41,175 nucleotides of DNA from the IMG/VR virus record IMGVR_UViG_3300022707_000755, one strand, 5' to 3'. Source of the DNA: a virus. Positions within the stretch are counted from its first letter, which is position 1. Each line of letters opens with the position of its first letter. This document shows, piece by piece, positions 40,891-41,175 of this stretch. The notes beneath the pieces were generated by a model. That model made no database searches, was not told where the DNA came from, and was given only the letters and a program-made list of their open reading frames with translations. Both the position numbers and the translations under genes were made by a program.

Positions 40891-41175
40891 TTAACTATTG
40901 CCAGTATCGTGAAGGTCGCGCACAAAAAGATTGCGCATGCTTGAAAAAAGTCCAACTAAAGCCCCTTTCCTGTCATCCATAAATAGCACCAGAAACAGCT
41001 GAAATATACCTATCAGACCAGTAGATACACCAACTACAGGCTGAAGTTCGCTCGTTTCCATGAATATTACAATATGCAAAAAGGACAACATAACCTCAAT
41101 TGAATAGGTTATACCGATTACAAGGGGTAGCAAAATCTTGGTTTTATTGAAGTGTGAGTAAGCAATTGCAGAAGA
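40891..41175 (-). CDS. Multi-pass membrane protein, C-terminal part (same gene as 1..324; bases 41032-41175 duplicate 1-144)
   Basis: Track ORF 40891..41133 is in frame with the hand-translated N-terminal part. Confidence 0.6.
   Translation of the reverse strand, partial: SSAIAYSHFNKTKILLPLVIGITYSIEVMLSFLHIVIFMETSELQPVVGVSTGLIGIFQLFLVLFMDDRKGALVGLFSSMRNLFVRDLHDTGNS
41032..41175. repeat. Second copy of the 144-bp terminal duplication
   Basis: Identical to 1-144. Confidence 0.95.

Noticed and set aside
1-41175. CRISPR array, diversity-generating retroelement, retron, transposon or integrative element
   Set aside because: There are no spaced direct repeats of 24-40 bp, no reverse transcriptase or template/variable repeat pair, and no transposase or integrase ORFs on either strand.

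Overview
The window is a complete phage genome. Bases 1-144 repeat exactly at 41032-41175 and an ORF reads through the junction, so the unique molecule is 41,031 bp and circular or circularly permuted.

Late genes: a 23-kb minus-strand block (39783 down to 16710) is colinear with the phage P22 morphogenesis operon. In order it has small and large terminase, portal, scaffold, coat, a gp4-like adaptor, a gp10-like hub, a needle/fibre protein in the gp26 slot, a GNAT-fold protein in the gp14 slot, and three genes in the internal/ejection-protein slots. It ends with a tailspike carrying a P22-type head-binding N-terminus, an M15 peptidase endolysin and a small membrane protein.

Early genes: two divergent operons of mostly small genes leave a 638-bp ORF-free control region (8011-8648).
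- The leftward operon runs from 8010 through the junction to 40519. It includes a YopX protein, an AraC-type regulator, a J-domain-like protein, a C2H2-type zinc finger, a lipoprotein and membrane proteins.
- The rightward operon runs 8649-16732. It includes a Lar-like protein, RHH proteins, and a YqaJ / NinB-like / NinG-like recombination module.

I see no canonical tRNA, rRNA, CRISPR array, transposase, integrase, reverse transcriptase, DNA polymerase, primase or helicase.

The most unusual feature is an 877-bp ORF-poor, helix-rich locus (11678-12554) at the end of an early transcription unit. It contains a non-canonical tRNA-like module: a 10-bp terminal helix ending in ACCA that encloses two tandem GGTTCGATTCC T-loop hairpins. 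It is closed by two intrinsic terminators, and I treat it as a candidate structured RNA of unknown class.

Other points worth a second look:
- a cassette of small genes with its own promoter and terminator, inserted between the portal and scaffold genes
- a 1141-aa fibre gene flanked by terminators, behind a repeat-rich leader
- several intrinsic terminators inside the late operon
- a peptidase-S74 chaperone domain on a protein in an ejection-protein slot
- a eukaryote-style C2H2 finger

All family assignments come from motif recognition by eye. No searches or folding programs were run. Hand-derived coordinates may be off by 1-2 nt.
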